Below, in pieces: positions 1-13,317 of a DNA stretch of 64,000 bases. The DNA is taken from assembly GCA_903813345.2 (NCBI GenBank), contig CAIIXF020000001.1, positions 40,486,001 to 40,550,000 of the forward strand. The letters are read 5' to 3'. A model generated the notes under the pieces. That model was not told where the DNA came from. It was given only the letters and a program-made list of their open reading frames with translations, and ran no database searches. The first letter of the stretch is position 1; each line of letters opens with the position of its first letter. The translations under genes and the position numbers were made by a program. Source of the stretch: Owenia fusiformis (lineage: Eukaryota).

Positions 1-279
1 CATGTCATTGGTCAATTCCGTGCTCAACGATGACGTCAGAAGGAATGACCATATATAGAACGTCGGTCAAATTTGGCCGACGAACACTGATTGGCGCGGT
101 GAGTTCACAGGTTTATTTTAGTTTGAAAGAGTGAAGACGAAGCTCTCTTTTAAGAAGTGAAGTCAAACGAATGCAAAGGGTAGGTATATCTTAGAATTCA
201 ATCATAATATCTGACTGCTAAGAATAGAATCTATGAGATAGTCCCCCAAAGGATTGTGATAGAAAGTCACATCTATTTT

Positions 280-814
280 CACTGGTGATCCACTCGATTA
301 CGCTGGTTACCAAAACGAACCGTTTTGGTAACAAAATGTCGGAACGTCGAAGGCACTATTTTTCTTTTTTCCTTATTTCACGCGTTGTAGGCAGAATCCC
401 CATGACGTTTTTTCTCACAACGTGCAGCAGTATCATATGTTTTAGAAAATGTACATGTTTGCGAAAAAATAGCTCAGAGGACAACAGAATCGTCGATTTA
501 CTTCCTCACTTAAGTTACATAAACGGTTTTTCGAAAATCAGTTAAGATCTGCACTTTTAACCCAAACCGTTTATGTAACTTAAGTGAGGAAGTAAATCGA
601 CGATTCTGTTGTCTTCTGAACTATTTGGTCGCAAATATGTACAATTTCTTAAACATATGATACTGATACACGTTGTGAGAAAAAATGTCATGGGAATTCT
701 GCCTACAACGTGTAAAATAAGGAAACGAGAAAATCGTACCTTCCGGATGTTCCGACATTTTGTTACCAAAACGAACCGTTTTGGTAACCAGCGTAATCGA
801 GTGGATCACCAGTG
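280..814. mobile_element. Foldback MITE with CACTGG...CCAGTG termini and 5-bp TSD (Transib-like signature)
   Basis: About 255-bp inverted arms (cactggtgatccactcgattacgctgg / ccagcgtaatcgagtggatcaccagtg); ATTTT directly on both flanks (275-279, 815-819). Confidence 0.85.
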
Positions 815-1237
815 ATTTTGCAGTTGGGACTTTAAAATGTTGCTTGTATTTTAATTGCAAGTGTCAGAATAATAGTAGAAAAAATGATAAATATGAGCAA
901 CAGGTTTATCATGTGGGCCCACAAAGATAATACAAGTGATGTTTGTCTACCAGGCCACAACAATAAACACATTTTAATATTGTGGTTAATGGTTTAAGGA
1001 TCAACCAAGGCATTTAACAAGGTAGTGAGGATAAATATTTGCTTCTTTGGCAAATTCCTATTTTGGGAAAATCCTAAAATTAAAATTAAAATTTGATTTT
1101 CAGTAAGTGACATCTACCACAAATACAAAAATAAAAATAAATCATGTAAATGCTATATATTTAGTATTTTTTACATCCATGAATGACTGGGATTCTCAAA
1201 TTTTGATAATCAAACTCCCAAGAAATACTCAGATTTA

Positions 1238-1350
1238 CACCCTATGATTAGTGAGCGGAGCTAATTTCAAGGGTGATGGTAAAGACGAGGCGCCATGCCT
1301 CATCTTTACCATCACCCTTGAAATTAGCTCCACTCACTAATCATAGGGTG
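1238..1350. mobile_element. 113-bp hairpin MITE, CAC...GTG termini, 5-bp TSD
   Basis: Near-perfect palindrome caccctatgattagtgag...ctcactaatcatagggtg; ATTTA on both flanks (1233-1237, 1351-1355). Confidence 0.85.
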
Positions 1351-3091
1351 ATTTAGAAAATCTGACATGGATTATCAACTTAAAAAAAACTGTCCATGTG
1401 AAACAAATATTGCGCTGTTAGAACATTGGCCTAATGGGTAAATACTCATACATGTGATAAACTCCACAAGAGAGTAATGGTTCCCTAATGATTATTATGT
1501 CAGGAGGTCTATCATAACATTGACAAGGCCTAGCAGGTGCTCTAATCTTACCTATACAAAATAAACAATAAAGCACAAAATAAAATCAACAATATATACA
1601 TTCTGAGACTCATCACATCTTTCTGTTTTGATATGACTGAGAGGAATTGAGATGTCATGACTTATCTTGATGGCAATGTTAAAGAGACGTTTTTGATCAC
1701 ACTTCACTTATTACAAGAGAACTAAGATGACTTACAAGAACAAACAATACATTATGCACCATTACCCTTTACAAAAAATTGATTATGCTTTATCAACACC
1801 AAAGCATTTAATATGTCATGCCTTCTTTTGTCCCCCTCCCTCCCATCCTGCAGATAATTGCAACTTATCATTCCTGATTCTCAAAATATCAATGTGTATA
1901 GACAAAGAGGATTAAAAACAGCAACGCACAGAGAACTAAATCCCACCAAACATCAAATCACTCATCAGTTTTAACATTATGAGATGGAAATATCTAATAG
2001 TAGTAATTGTCTCCTATGAATTCTCCCTTTCGTGGTTCGTTCTTTGAATCAGAACGTTCGCAAATATGTACTGAAAAAGCACTCAAAAAGGACAAAATTT
2101 GATTGGTCAATATTTTCCCACTATGCATTTCGCGTAGCTATTTGCATGAACCGAAAGTTCTATATCAAACTAATTACGCAATTTTGTTTTTACACCCGCA
2201 CGCTAAATAAAACAATGACACCATCGGAAGTATTCTTCTTTGTCATTGCTTTAAGTCAGTATACCGAGTTTAATCAATAAAAGATTGTACCATGAACAAC
2301 AAAATTCGGAAACGAGTACTATAGATTTGCTTTCGGACCACTAAACAGATTGACCTAGATAATAGCGACGCGTCTTCTTTGGTCTACTGCTCAGTTGTTT
2401 GTGGGTTTTCAACATCAATCATTTCTAATAATTTTTTCAGTACTCTCGTACTCTCGTACTATATGAACGAATATATCGTTTGAAAAATAGGTGTGAAAAT
2501 CCCCATGTTAAACCTATGAGGGAAAACAAGGAAGTATAAATTTGTTCCTCCGCGAACTGCATCATGGGAAATATTTTGACCTTATAAGGAAAGATGTCCG
2601 CGTCTCCTCTTTTGAAGAGGGAACAACAATTTCTAGAATTAAGGATTTAAGCCCTGGACTCAGTGCATTGTTTGGTGAATCATACCATGAAGGTGTTGTT
2701 TCCAAACCTTTGCATGACTGCGCAGTGGGAATGCAACGTTTAGGAGACAACACCTGAGTGGAATGAAGCAGCTACAATGCATTGAGTCTTGGGCTTAAAT
2801 TTGTTTCACACACAGCAATTTTCGATGAAACTGACGACTGTTTAACTAGTGACCTTGCATGTGTTATTGATATTTCACACTCTGTTCATGATGTGAATAC
2901 TCTGTTCTGATTGGCTGGAATCGGACACACCTTGCCTAGATATATGTGAATCTACAACCATGATGTAATGTGATGAAATATTATTAATCTATTCCTTCTG
3001 GAGTTGCAGTCCTATGACCATATAGGGCATTACCCTATATTTGAACCTAACCTCATAACCAGTATAAAAGTTATCAAAAATTGAATACTTT

Positions 3092-3295
3092 CAGGCCCGT
3101 AGCCAGGATTTGCCAAGGGGGGGTTCACTTTTTGGAAAATTCCAGGGGGGGTTCACTTTTGACAATTTGGGTCCAAAAAGGGCCAAAATCACCTAAAAAG
3201 TGCTCAGAATGGTGAAAAACTGCATGATTTTGAAAGAATTTTTGGCCAGGGGGGGTTTGCCCGAACTATGCGAACCCCCCCTGGCTACGGGCCTG
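3092..3295. mobile_element. MITE with CAGGCCCGTAGCCAGG TIRs
   Basis: caggcccgtagccagg / cctggctacgggcctg inverted ends; ACTTT repeated on both flanks. Confidence 0.8.
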
Positions 3296-4129
3296 ACTTT
3301 CATGAAAAATGGTGGCAAATAGACTAGATGTGAGTTGAAATACTCTTGATTTACGTCATTAAATATTCAAAATTCAAAGTGATGTCATATTTGAACTCTA
3401 CAATATATTTCAATTGTACCATGTTCTCCTAGTGACCTCAACAATGCTTGTCTCTAGTTATATTTTTCCTATTGATCTCCTTTCTTCTGCTCCTTTTCAT
3501 GGGGTTTGGTTGATTATGTACATGTAAATGTGATCTATATTCTGTATTTGATTGGTGGTATCATTTTGTTATTCTACATTCTGAATTATTAACCTTGCAT
3601 TGTTAATATTATTTATTGATATATGCTACTCTTGTCAGTAGAACAGCTCAGACAGAATTTACACTTGCATTATGCAGTTGCAAAGAAGCAAGACCATCGC
3701 AATAGTCGTGCCCCCTTTGTTATTGGCCATATTTCAGAATATTCAGCTTTTATCTAAACTGAGAGTAAGCCATGGCATTTTAAGCAAATATGACGCTAGG
3801 CTATGAATATACTCCTTCAAAAAAACTTTTTCATACTATCAGCTTGACTATCAGGAAACATTTCCAAGTTAAGTAAGAAACAGAGCGGAGTGTTTTTCGG
3901 GACTGTCTAGAGCAGACTAATTTTCTGAAACATGTAGCTTTTTGATTGTGGCTCTCCAGGTTCATTTATCTAAAAATCCATGTGGTCATAGTATCACTCT
4001 AAGACTCTAATGAACAATGGGAATTGTTTCGCTGAGCTAGAGTTGTACCCGTTAAAAAGTTAGGAGATGAACTTAAATTCCACATGCAAGTGGATAAGTG
4101 TCTGAATAAAGAAAATAGTATACTAACTT

Positions 4130-5120
4130 GGAACGATAAGATGTACATTGACATACAGAGACAAGGACACACTAATACTAGGGCTCATACCGAATATTGG
4201 CCAGCAAATCCCCGTTCGGCCCCGAATATTCGTTAAAAACCCGGAAGTAAATGTAAGTTGTTTGATTTCTAAGAGCATGTGAAGTAAATACGCCACGTTT
4301 GATTATAAATACTTATTCCAAGCGCACGCGCTAACAACTGAACCTAAAAACGAACCTGGCGCAGATTGCCTCTCGTACAAACGAATGTTCTTAACTTTAT
4401 ATTCAAGTGTTTTACCCTTATGGATGCCAATGGATTAATCAGCAGTGCTCAGAGGTTACAAGTAAGAGCTGCAGATGACTCTTAGGTGAGTAACCGTGTA
4501 ATCTATGTCGGGATTTCCTTAGAATTGGGTTTGTCTTGGCGGGAGACTAAATCGGCGCGCATGGGCAGTCAATGGTTTAATATTCGAATACCACAAATTG
4601 CCATTCGAATATCACCTCAGACATATTTGCAACCGAATACTCGAGTATTCGTTTCACCCCTAACTAATACCCCTGTATAAGACCTTAGTAAGGCCTCACC
4701 TAGAGTATAATAATGAAATCTGGTCCCCAAGATACCAGGCGGACATAAGTAAGATAGAAGAATTCAACCTAGAGCAACCAAGCTAGTTAAGGGATTGCAA
4801 GACTTACCGTATGAGGAAAGACTTTGACATCTTAAGTTCTAGTCACTTACCTACATGAGGAAACGTGGTGACATGATCCAAGTTTACAAGATTTTGAATA
4901 ACTTAGAAAACCTTGACAGCAAAATATTCTTCACTAAACATGACAGTACAACCACAAGACATAAGGACAAACTCAATTAACACGGGTCCAGATCAGACAT
5001 TAGAAAACACTCCTTCAGCCAGCATATAACGAATGGTTGGAATAGTCTACTCACAGAAGTGGCTCAGGCACCAAACCTAGATATATTCATGTCAGCGCTG
5101 GACAGATGCTGGGAGAGTCA
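4130..5120 (+). pseudogene. Degenerate 3' fragment of a CR1-group non-LTR retrotransposon ORF2
   Basis: Manual translation across the MITE insertion gives ..LIPLYKTLVRPHLEY..WSP..RATKLVKGLQDLPYEERL*..RGDMIQVYKILN..GWNSL, typical of the CR1 ORF2 C-terminus; stops and frameshifts present. Confidence 0.8.
4179..4662. mobile_element. hAT-type MITE (TAGGG...CCCTA) inserted into the CR1 fragment
   Basis: 8-bp TSD ACTAATAC at 4171-4178 and 4663-4670; TAGGG/CCCTA ends; internal CGAATA subterminal motifs. Confidence 0.8.
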
Positions 5121-5491
5121 ACACTACCCGCTATAGGTTCCTTTATCCTTAAATGAACTAAGTTCAGATTTAACTACATGATCAGACGAGACTAACAACT
5201 GGTTAATCCACTTATTAATACTGATGATGACGGTGGCGGTGACGGTGACGATGATGAAACTTTATGAATGGCTAAGTCAGAGACATTAATAAACCTCAAC
5301 CATCAAAAGTTGTCACAATGAGCTAAATTCTAAGTTCCGTGTATCAAACTCTCCCAAGCGGTAGAAAAATAATTCCTGTTTACTTTAAGCAGTACAATAT
5401 ATGAATCCAAACTTCATACCTGCAAATAATGGATAAATTCCTACCAAATCAAACGTATTTTTTCATGAATCACCATTTTTTTGATCTACGT

Positions 5492-5618
5492 AAGGAGGAT
5501 TGACTCCCAGAATGCAACATCAGTTAACCTTATTTACTCGTGACAGGTTTCAAAATGGCGGAACAGCATTTTGAAAGCTGGCACGTGTCATGTTGCATTC
5601 TGGGAGCCAATCCTCCTT
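5492..5618. repeat. Short inverted repeat / MITE remnant
   Basis: aaggaggattgactcccagaatgcaacat and atgttgcattctgggagccaatcctcctt (29-bp arms, one mismatch); a related end occurs near 45635. Confidence 0.6.
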
Positions 5619-6744
5619 GCAGTGTAATCAGGCTACAAAATCACCTCAATATTTGAAGAGTCAACATTAACATGTGAATATCCACTTCAAATTTTTAAGT
5701 TCCTATTTGTCATTATGGACACAAATTCCACTATATTTGGACTTATTAGGACGGAGAAAATAGAGCACTGAATACACTGAGGTAAGAATTTATTACATGT
5801 GCGACAGCATGTATTTTTCATAGCTATAGTAATTCTTTATGTTCCCCACTGTACTATAATGGTATTTGCAAACTTCACCCAATAGTTTATCTTGTTCCAA
5901 CACCATCCTCTTCGTTTCTGGTCTTGGAGGGGATTCATTGAAACACACAGTATTTTTCAAAAGTCAAAATTTAACAGCATTAGGTACACATATATTTCTT
6001 AACTCTATCGACTCTTAACACCAAAAGAGATGTTCTCCCCAAGCCAGAAAAGACGCGGCTGTCTCAAATTGCAGTTATATACACTTCAATCTTTGAGCCG
6101 ACCAGTATAACTCAGCTTATTTCAAAATGTCTGCCAAGAACATTTCATCCAGTGCCAACATTTCAATCTCTTTTTCCCGGGAACATTATCCTTCAAACTT
6201 GAGAAATTAGTTCACTCAATCAAGGACCTTGACTCAATTAATATGGAATCAAGTCAAGCAACATTGATAAATCGTGAGTAACGATGTATTTGAATAATTT
6301 CACTGGAAATTGCTGTTGTATTTGACGTGTTGTTAGGTAAAATGCAAGGAAATTCCCTCGTCTGATCGTTGTCAGCCAACGCTGAATGTTTTCTTCATTT
6401 ATATATTACTATGCATCATGTAGGTTAAAATAGTCTGAAAGTGATGTCATCAAATTCATGGATGACATTTAGGAAAACCGGTCGATTTGAAGTTTGAAGT
6501 GTATATTTCTGCGATTTGAGACAGCCCCATCTTTTCTGCCTTTAGAAGAATATTCCTTGTTTTTTAAATTCAAAGTACTCCCAAACATTACTGTTTTGAC
6601 TGTCTTGGAACGAGATAACCAATAGTATGTCAGGGGCACGGGGAATAAGTCATCCCCCAACCTTTACAAGGCATTTAAATTTTATATGCCCTATAAAGGT
6701 GGAGGGGGTTACTTATTCCAAGGACGTCACGTCCTTGCTTATTC

Positions 6745-9700
6745 CTAGTGGACACGAGCTGAATTTCGAAAAATCAAAAGAATTTGTTCCCTGCATTTTT
6801 ATCGAATATCGCCAATAGCTACGTAGATAATGGCAAATTGTGGCATCACATGATATTTTCTATTATATCAGCTAATGAACGGACATAATATACGCCTTGT
6901 ATTTAGAATAACATGTCATAAATATAGCAAAAAGTATGAGAAAGTATCGAAAAACCACCTTACCGGAAGTTTGGATAGTCTGAGCTGGATTACGCTATTA
7001 GAAGGGACCCGATTAGAACAAAGCTTTGGCGCTAAATTCAAATCCATAATCACATGAATCAACATCGGGCACTGGTCGCAACCCTGCAGATATTAGAGTC
7101 TGTATTGTGTGCAATTGAAAATGAATGCAATGTTAGGCCATATATGTTGGCAAGATCGTTTTGTAGTAGGATCTAAATAGGCTTCTAAACATCTCTTACA
7201 AAAGAATCTCTCTGGGGTCTAAGTGTTAGGCCTGGGAATACTAAACCACGTTTTTTTGAAAGGCCATAAAAGGAGGAGTGGATGGAGGGGGCAGTAACGT
7301 GTATATGGAAGACATGATAAGACATGCTACTTGAATTTATTCTTATAACTCCAAATTTTCCCATTTTTCATTCTCCAGAGAGATATAATATCCAGTTTCT
7401 TCCTGGGGTACTGATGTAAGTTTGAGTTCTTGTGACTCTGTTCCATCGTAAAGACATATCAGCTAACCCCCCCCCCCCCTCCATCCAATATTAACACGCG
7501 GTAGTATCTCTTCGGGACGTATCGAAACCACTCCGTCCCGAAAAACCGTTAATTTGAATTTAAAACCTACCCCAGTGTTTGAAAATCAAGGATTGTGAGT
7601 CTCACACTTCACCGTTTTTTTTCAAACTTGTTCCGTACAAAGCTTCACAGAAATACCTTTCAGTCGATACATTGTTTTCGTGTACAAAGTACCTCGTTTT
7701 AGCGGCGTTTTGGTCCCCAGCTGCGAGATAAAGCAAATTTTCATAATTTTCAACTGTAAGTCAAGTTATCTCGCCAGGCTTTTACCCATTCTCGCTCATA
7801 ATTTCAGAATGGACTCCCATTACAACCTTCCATCGCTACGTTTTGATTTTTGGGCATCAAACGCAGCAGTTTCTAAATCATCCACACATCTCTTAAAATT
7901 TGACTAATACGTCCCGTCACCTTCCACTACGCCCCGCCGAGTCTATGACTACAAACGTGGAGTTTTCATGGGGAGGCGGTAATAGAATCTGAAGCAGGTC
8001 CTTTACCGGGATAATAGTTTCAATAATGCAGTAGCAGGTTTCGTGTAATTGGTGCCAAAATATACTTTTACATGATACTGTCCCCTCCATAAGTTTGGCC
8101 AACCTTAGCATTGTGTTAAGCCTATTTATGTTTGAATTTTTATCTACATAACCTGCGGGGGAAATACTTATAAAATTGACGGAAATATAACTTGACTTTA
8201 TTCCCAATACATCCAAATTTTCTTGATGTTTTTCCTCAAGTACAATAGATCGGAAATGGATGATAAATCTGATGAATTTTTGAAAATCGACATTCCCATG
8301 TAAACCCATGAGAATTGATATGTTTGTCGCATGTCATACGACAGAATATCCATCAATCTGAGTATTTAACAAAAAGTTGATACGTTTCTTCAGGTTCAAC
8401 AAAGTTATAGGTTAGGGTTGTCCAAATCTGCAAAATTTTCCAAAAATCTGTCATCTGATAGATTCTAGTTACAAATTGACTCTTGGTACAAATATTTCCA
8501 CTCTACACCCCTGGGAAATTTTGCCACGCGTCTCACTTGAAGTTTTGGTAATTTTGACAAATATGCCGTTTTCATAAATGGTTTATAACTCAAAATTAAA
8601 CTGTTGTATTTCAGGAATATGTATTTTTTCTTCATCATGTATAATTTTCAATAAGCCTACAGGCACCACTTTTTTTAGCTAAATCCATCGGGAAACTTTG
8701 CCACGCTTAATTTCAAAATAACGGAGATGTTATCAAAATTGAGCAATATTGGCACAAAAACGTTTCTAGATTCATATAAAGAATGCATCATCATACAACA
8801 CTAATCGGTATATAAACAACATCTACTGACTTGGTCTGATAATGTTATATAAAGATTTTAACTGTTGTGTGTCGACCTTTCTTCTGTATGATTCCATTGG
8901 ATTACATTATGAAACGTGTACCATATAAAATGATACATGTTTCTAACGTTATGCTGAAAATAATATAATTGACATCACCCATCCTCTCGCATTTTAACAT
9001 TTTTTCAAGGATAGGGCACTTTAAACGTTTCTTAAAAATATTTTCAATTGTTCAGTAATTAAAATCTTTATATTGCAATATCGGGAAATCTAAATTTTAG
9101 GGAGATTTTGGACCACCCTATTATATAAATGGACAAGAATGGGTAAATCTTAAAACACAATCCGATTGGTATTTAGAATCGACAATGACAATGGCAACCT
9201 ACAAACGGACACATCGATGGACAAATTGTTTTAGAATGCAACTCTACGTGTATAGTGATAGACTCGGCGGGGCGTAGTGGAAGATGACGGGACGTATTGG
9301 TCAAATTTGAAGAGATGTGTGGATGATTTAGAAACTGCTGCTTTTGATGCCCAAAAATCAAGACGTAGCGATGGAAGGTTGTAATGGGAGTCCATTCTGA
9401 AATTATGGGCGAGAATGGGTAAAAGACTGGCGAGATAACTTGACTTACAGTTGAAAGTTATGAAAATTTGCTTTATCTCACAGCTGGGGACCAAAACGCC
9501 GCTAAAACGAGGTACTTTGTACACGAAAACAATGTATCGACTGAAAGGTATTTCTGTGAAGCTTTGTACGGAACAAGTTTGAAGAAAAACGGTGAAGTGT
9601 GAGACTCACAATCCTTGATTTTCAAACACTGGGGTAGGTTTTAAATTCAAATTAACGGTTTTTCGGGACGGAGTGGTTTCGATACGTCCCGAAGAGATAC

Positions 9701-10400
9701 TACCGCGTGATTAATTTATTTCGATTATTTTTTGTATGACGCATGGAAACTAACTTTAAAAATTGAGCAATGTCATAAGTATTTATTACAATTCGTGCAG
9801 ACAATTGTTGCCTGATTTTTAGCAAAAACACTGACTTTCGCACGTTAGTGATGATGCGCCTTTTTTAATAAATCTCATATCTTAGAAGCGTATCAGTTCA
9901 AAAAAATACCAGAAGACCTAACATATTTTGCCATGCACTGCGCCTATTAATTTGGCAATTCAATTGAAAATAAAACTTCCAAATTTGTTGAGTTTTGCAG
10001 AAATCGCCTACTCCCCCCTCCATCCATTTTGTACGATCACCGGGCATGACTATTAGATAGATGCCTTCACTAGGCTATACTATGTACTTGTGTCCGTGCC
10101 TCATTTTGAGTAACGAATGTAAAAAATTTTCGGACACAAGATTACGTTTTCCCTGTAATATGATTTGGAGATATCTGACAAAATATGGATAGCCTAAAAT
10201 ATAAGGTTTGTGTTTTTGAACATGCGGAAATATCTTGAACACTTTGAAACTGAAGTAGAGTTCCTTAATAGGTCGTTCAGTTTTCTTGTTTTTTGTCCTA
10301 TACAACACTTGTGTTTAATATAGCCACGCGTAATTAACAATAAGCGTAAGCTTAATCAGATTATTTCAAGCGTCGAAATAGAAATAGCTTATTTTCCTAC
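6745..10400 (+). repeat. Copy A of a local ~1.45-kb duplicated segment (interrupted by the 7495-9709 element)
   Basis: Collinear with 12418-19732, e.g. gtggacacgagctg, cactggtcgcaaccctgcagat, gaaatagcttattttcctaca. Confidence 0.85.
7495..9709. mobile_element. Non-autonomous DNA transposon, ~460-bp TIRs, CACGCGGTAGTATCT termini, 5-bp TSD
   Basis: Inverted arms about 7495-7960 and 9245-9709; ATTAA on both flanks; empty site caatattaatttattt present in duplicate copy B near 13771. Confidence 0.9.
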
Positions 10401-10574
10401 AGAAATAGTATAGTAGGAACAAGGGGTTCCCGTGCACCCATAAGGTGTGAATAAGGTACATACATTTTTGTAATTCCTAGGGTGTCTATTTAATGAATTC
10501 ATTTGTTAACATTGCCAACTAATGTCCCATAGTACTTTTATGGCGGCATTCAGTTACCATGGTTACGCATCTTT

Positions 10575-11315
10575 AGACATCTTACCTTGGTATCTTAAAT
10601 CATTTGTAGCTCTGTCATTATTTGGTCTATAGAAATGATATTGGTACCAAATTAAACCTCGTTAAATTTCCCCAAAAAATCTGATATTCAATTATGCAAA
10701 TTATCTAATTTGCATAAATTATGACGTCATCAATCTTATTTTTGGTTCAGAATTTCCAACTATAGCAACGAATCTATTCAAACTGAGGCCGTATGGCAAA
10801 ATTTCTGAAAGGTTTTGTCCTTTATTCTATTAGTAGAAGGTATAAGCAACATATAAGTGAAAACAGATTCAAAATTGAATCAGTATTACGAAAGTAATGT
10901 AACTTTCGAGGCAGCTATCGTGAATGTCATTATTTGACAATAATATACATTACATCTTACCTTGGCGTCTTGAATCAATGTAGCTTCGCCATTATTTGGT
11001 CTATAGAGATGATATTGGTATCTGATTAAACCTTACTAAATTTACTATATGGTAACAATATTAAGTTATGCAAATTAGCTAATTTGCATTAATTGTGACG
11101 TCATCAATCCATTTTTGGTTCAGAATATCCTAGTATAGCAACATATCTATTAGAACTGAGGCCATATGACAGAATGTGTGCAAAGTTTTGTCCCTTATTT
11201 GATGAGTGAAAGATATAAGCAACATTAAAGAGACAACAAATCCTCAAAATTGGATCAGAATTAACAAAAGTATCCAGCTTTGGAGGCAGCTACCGTGAAC
11301 GTCATTGTTTGACAA
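10575..11315. repeat. Two diverged tandem copies of a ~375-bp unit
   Basis: acatcttaccttgg...cattatttggtctataga...atgcaaatta-ctaatttgcat...tgacgtcatcaatc...ggcagcta repeated at about 10576 and 10953. Confidence 0.75.
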
Positions 11316-12762
11316 TTATAAAAAGAATATTAAATTAACAAAAAAAGTAACAACCATAGTTGTTTCAATCTTATTGAGTAAAAATGTGCATGTATAGAAC
11401 TGAACTAATAAGTATGTGGAAAGGTTACATGCATTTTGACTATCATTCACAGGGGTCAAAACGGTTATCTCGACCCTGCATATTAAAGATCCAATATTAT
11501 AATTTACCATGCACTTTCAATGATTCATATAAATAGTATACATATAGTCTGATTTTCATCATATTCTTCATATTCTTTATTCTTAAAGCATCTGAAGTAT
11601 ATAGCATGATTAGAAGTGAAGATGATTCATCATATGGTTTATGTTATATATCTAACATTTCAGATGCTATGCTAACATCACTGAACATTTTTTTTCTTTT
11701 TCTATGAATGATATCAAATTTTCAAAGATTGTATCATTTAGAGCAATATATTGGGCACATTTTCTGAAAAATTCAAAAGATTCTGTTCACTGACCTTCCC
11801 TACGCTCCTACTTTTAGCTTTTTTTCAGTCACACTTTCAAAGGGCTAAAAAGGTTATTTCATCATGTTTAGGGTCATTCTGACCATGCACATTGTGATCC
11901 TGGTCATGTCAATGATATGTGGAAATAGTTAAATTGACTGGAGGTCAAACCAGAACTCTGTTATCTTTATTCAAAAAATATCTAAAAATGCAAAAAAAAT
12001 TGTCACTTCCTGTTTTGTCATTTCCTGTTAACTTCCATAGCACCTTAAAGAAATCAAATATAACAATAGATTCAGACGGGGATGTGAGCTGATATTCTTA
12101 AAATCGATACATAAAGGTATATTTCATATTATTATGCCATATTTACTGTGCGTGTGACACAATGATTTACAATATTTATAATACTAAGGCAGCTCAATCT
12201 TCCTACTCAAAGCCGGAATATAGAGAAGGCTTTGGACCGAAGTAAGATCTGTTTTCTACAAAATCAGCCTTGAAATTGAAAGACAGCTGGACATGCAGAT
12301 ATTGTCATTTCAGAGCTGATTTCAGCCAGGTTAGGCAGGGTAGGCAATCTACCTCTGTTTCAGTCATTGTTTAGATAAGAGATCATGATATCTATCTTCT
12401 TTTTCAGGTAACCTGTCTCCTGTGGACACGAGCTGGGGTTCCTGGCTGAATTTTCGAAAAAATCAAAAGAATTGGATCCCTACATTTTTATCGAATATCG
12501 CCCAAAGCTACGTAGACAATGGCAAATTGTGGCATCACATGATATTTTCTATTATATCAGCTAATGAACGGACATAATATCCGCCTTGTATTTAGAATAA
12601 CATGTCATAAATATAGCAAAAAGTATGAGAAAGTATCGAAAAACCACCTTACCGGAAGTTTGGATAGTCTGAGCTGGATTACGCTATAGAAGGGATCCGA
12701 TTAAAACAAACCTTTGGCGCAGAGTTCCTTTGGCGCTAAATTCAAATCCATTTTCAAGCCCA

Positions 12763-13317
12763 CATGGCGTAGAATAATGGAAATAACGTCACAACGCATG
12801 CGCGTAAATCGACATTTCATGGTCCAAAGATTTCAATGGAGAGCAGTCTTCATCAAAATTTAAAATTTTAATAACTTTTTAGCAAATCATTTATTTTCTT
12901 AGGATTCAACGGATCCTTGTTAGACCCAACGAAGTGTTCATTTTGATATATAAATCAGCAAAATCCATCCACAGATCTTTCGGCCTTTTAATGATTTAAT
13001 TTTTGGGATATTTTGCTAAAATCCCCCATTGGCCGCCATTATAAACTTTGAAAAAACCCAAATCCTCCGATCATTTCATATCACTCGTTAAGTGATCTAA
13101 ACAACTCCGATCGCTTAGGATTCAACGGATTCTATTAAAGAGATCAAAGCTAATACAATATGTTGACAACCCCTGTTTCAATATTTGCCGCATAATCTTT
13201 CGGTCTTTTAGGATATAAATTTGTCAATATTTTGATTTTCAACCATTAATGACGTACTTGGATCCTAGATTCACTGTTCCGGGATTCATGACGCTATTTC
13301 CATTATTCTACGCCATG
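12763..13317. mobile_element. MITE with 29-bp TIRs (CATGGCGTAGAATAATGGAAATA...)
   Basis: catggcgtagaataatggaaataacgtca / tgacgctatttccattattctacgccatg; absent from duplicate copy A; no clear TSD. Confidence 0.7.

Noticed and set aside
7680..9524. Near-identical ORF pair on opposite strands (also 285-860)
   Set aside because: Products of long terminal inverted repeats; no transposase motifs visible in these elements.
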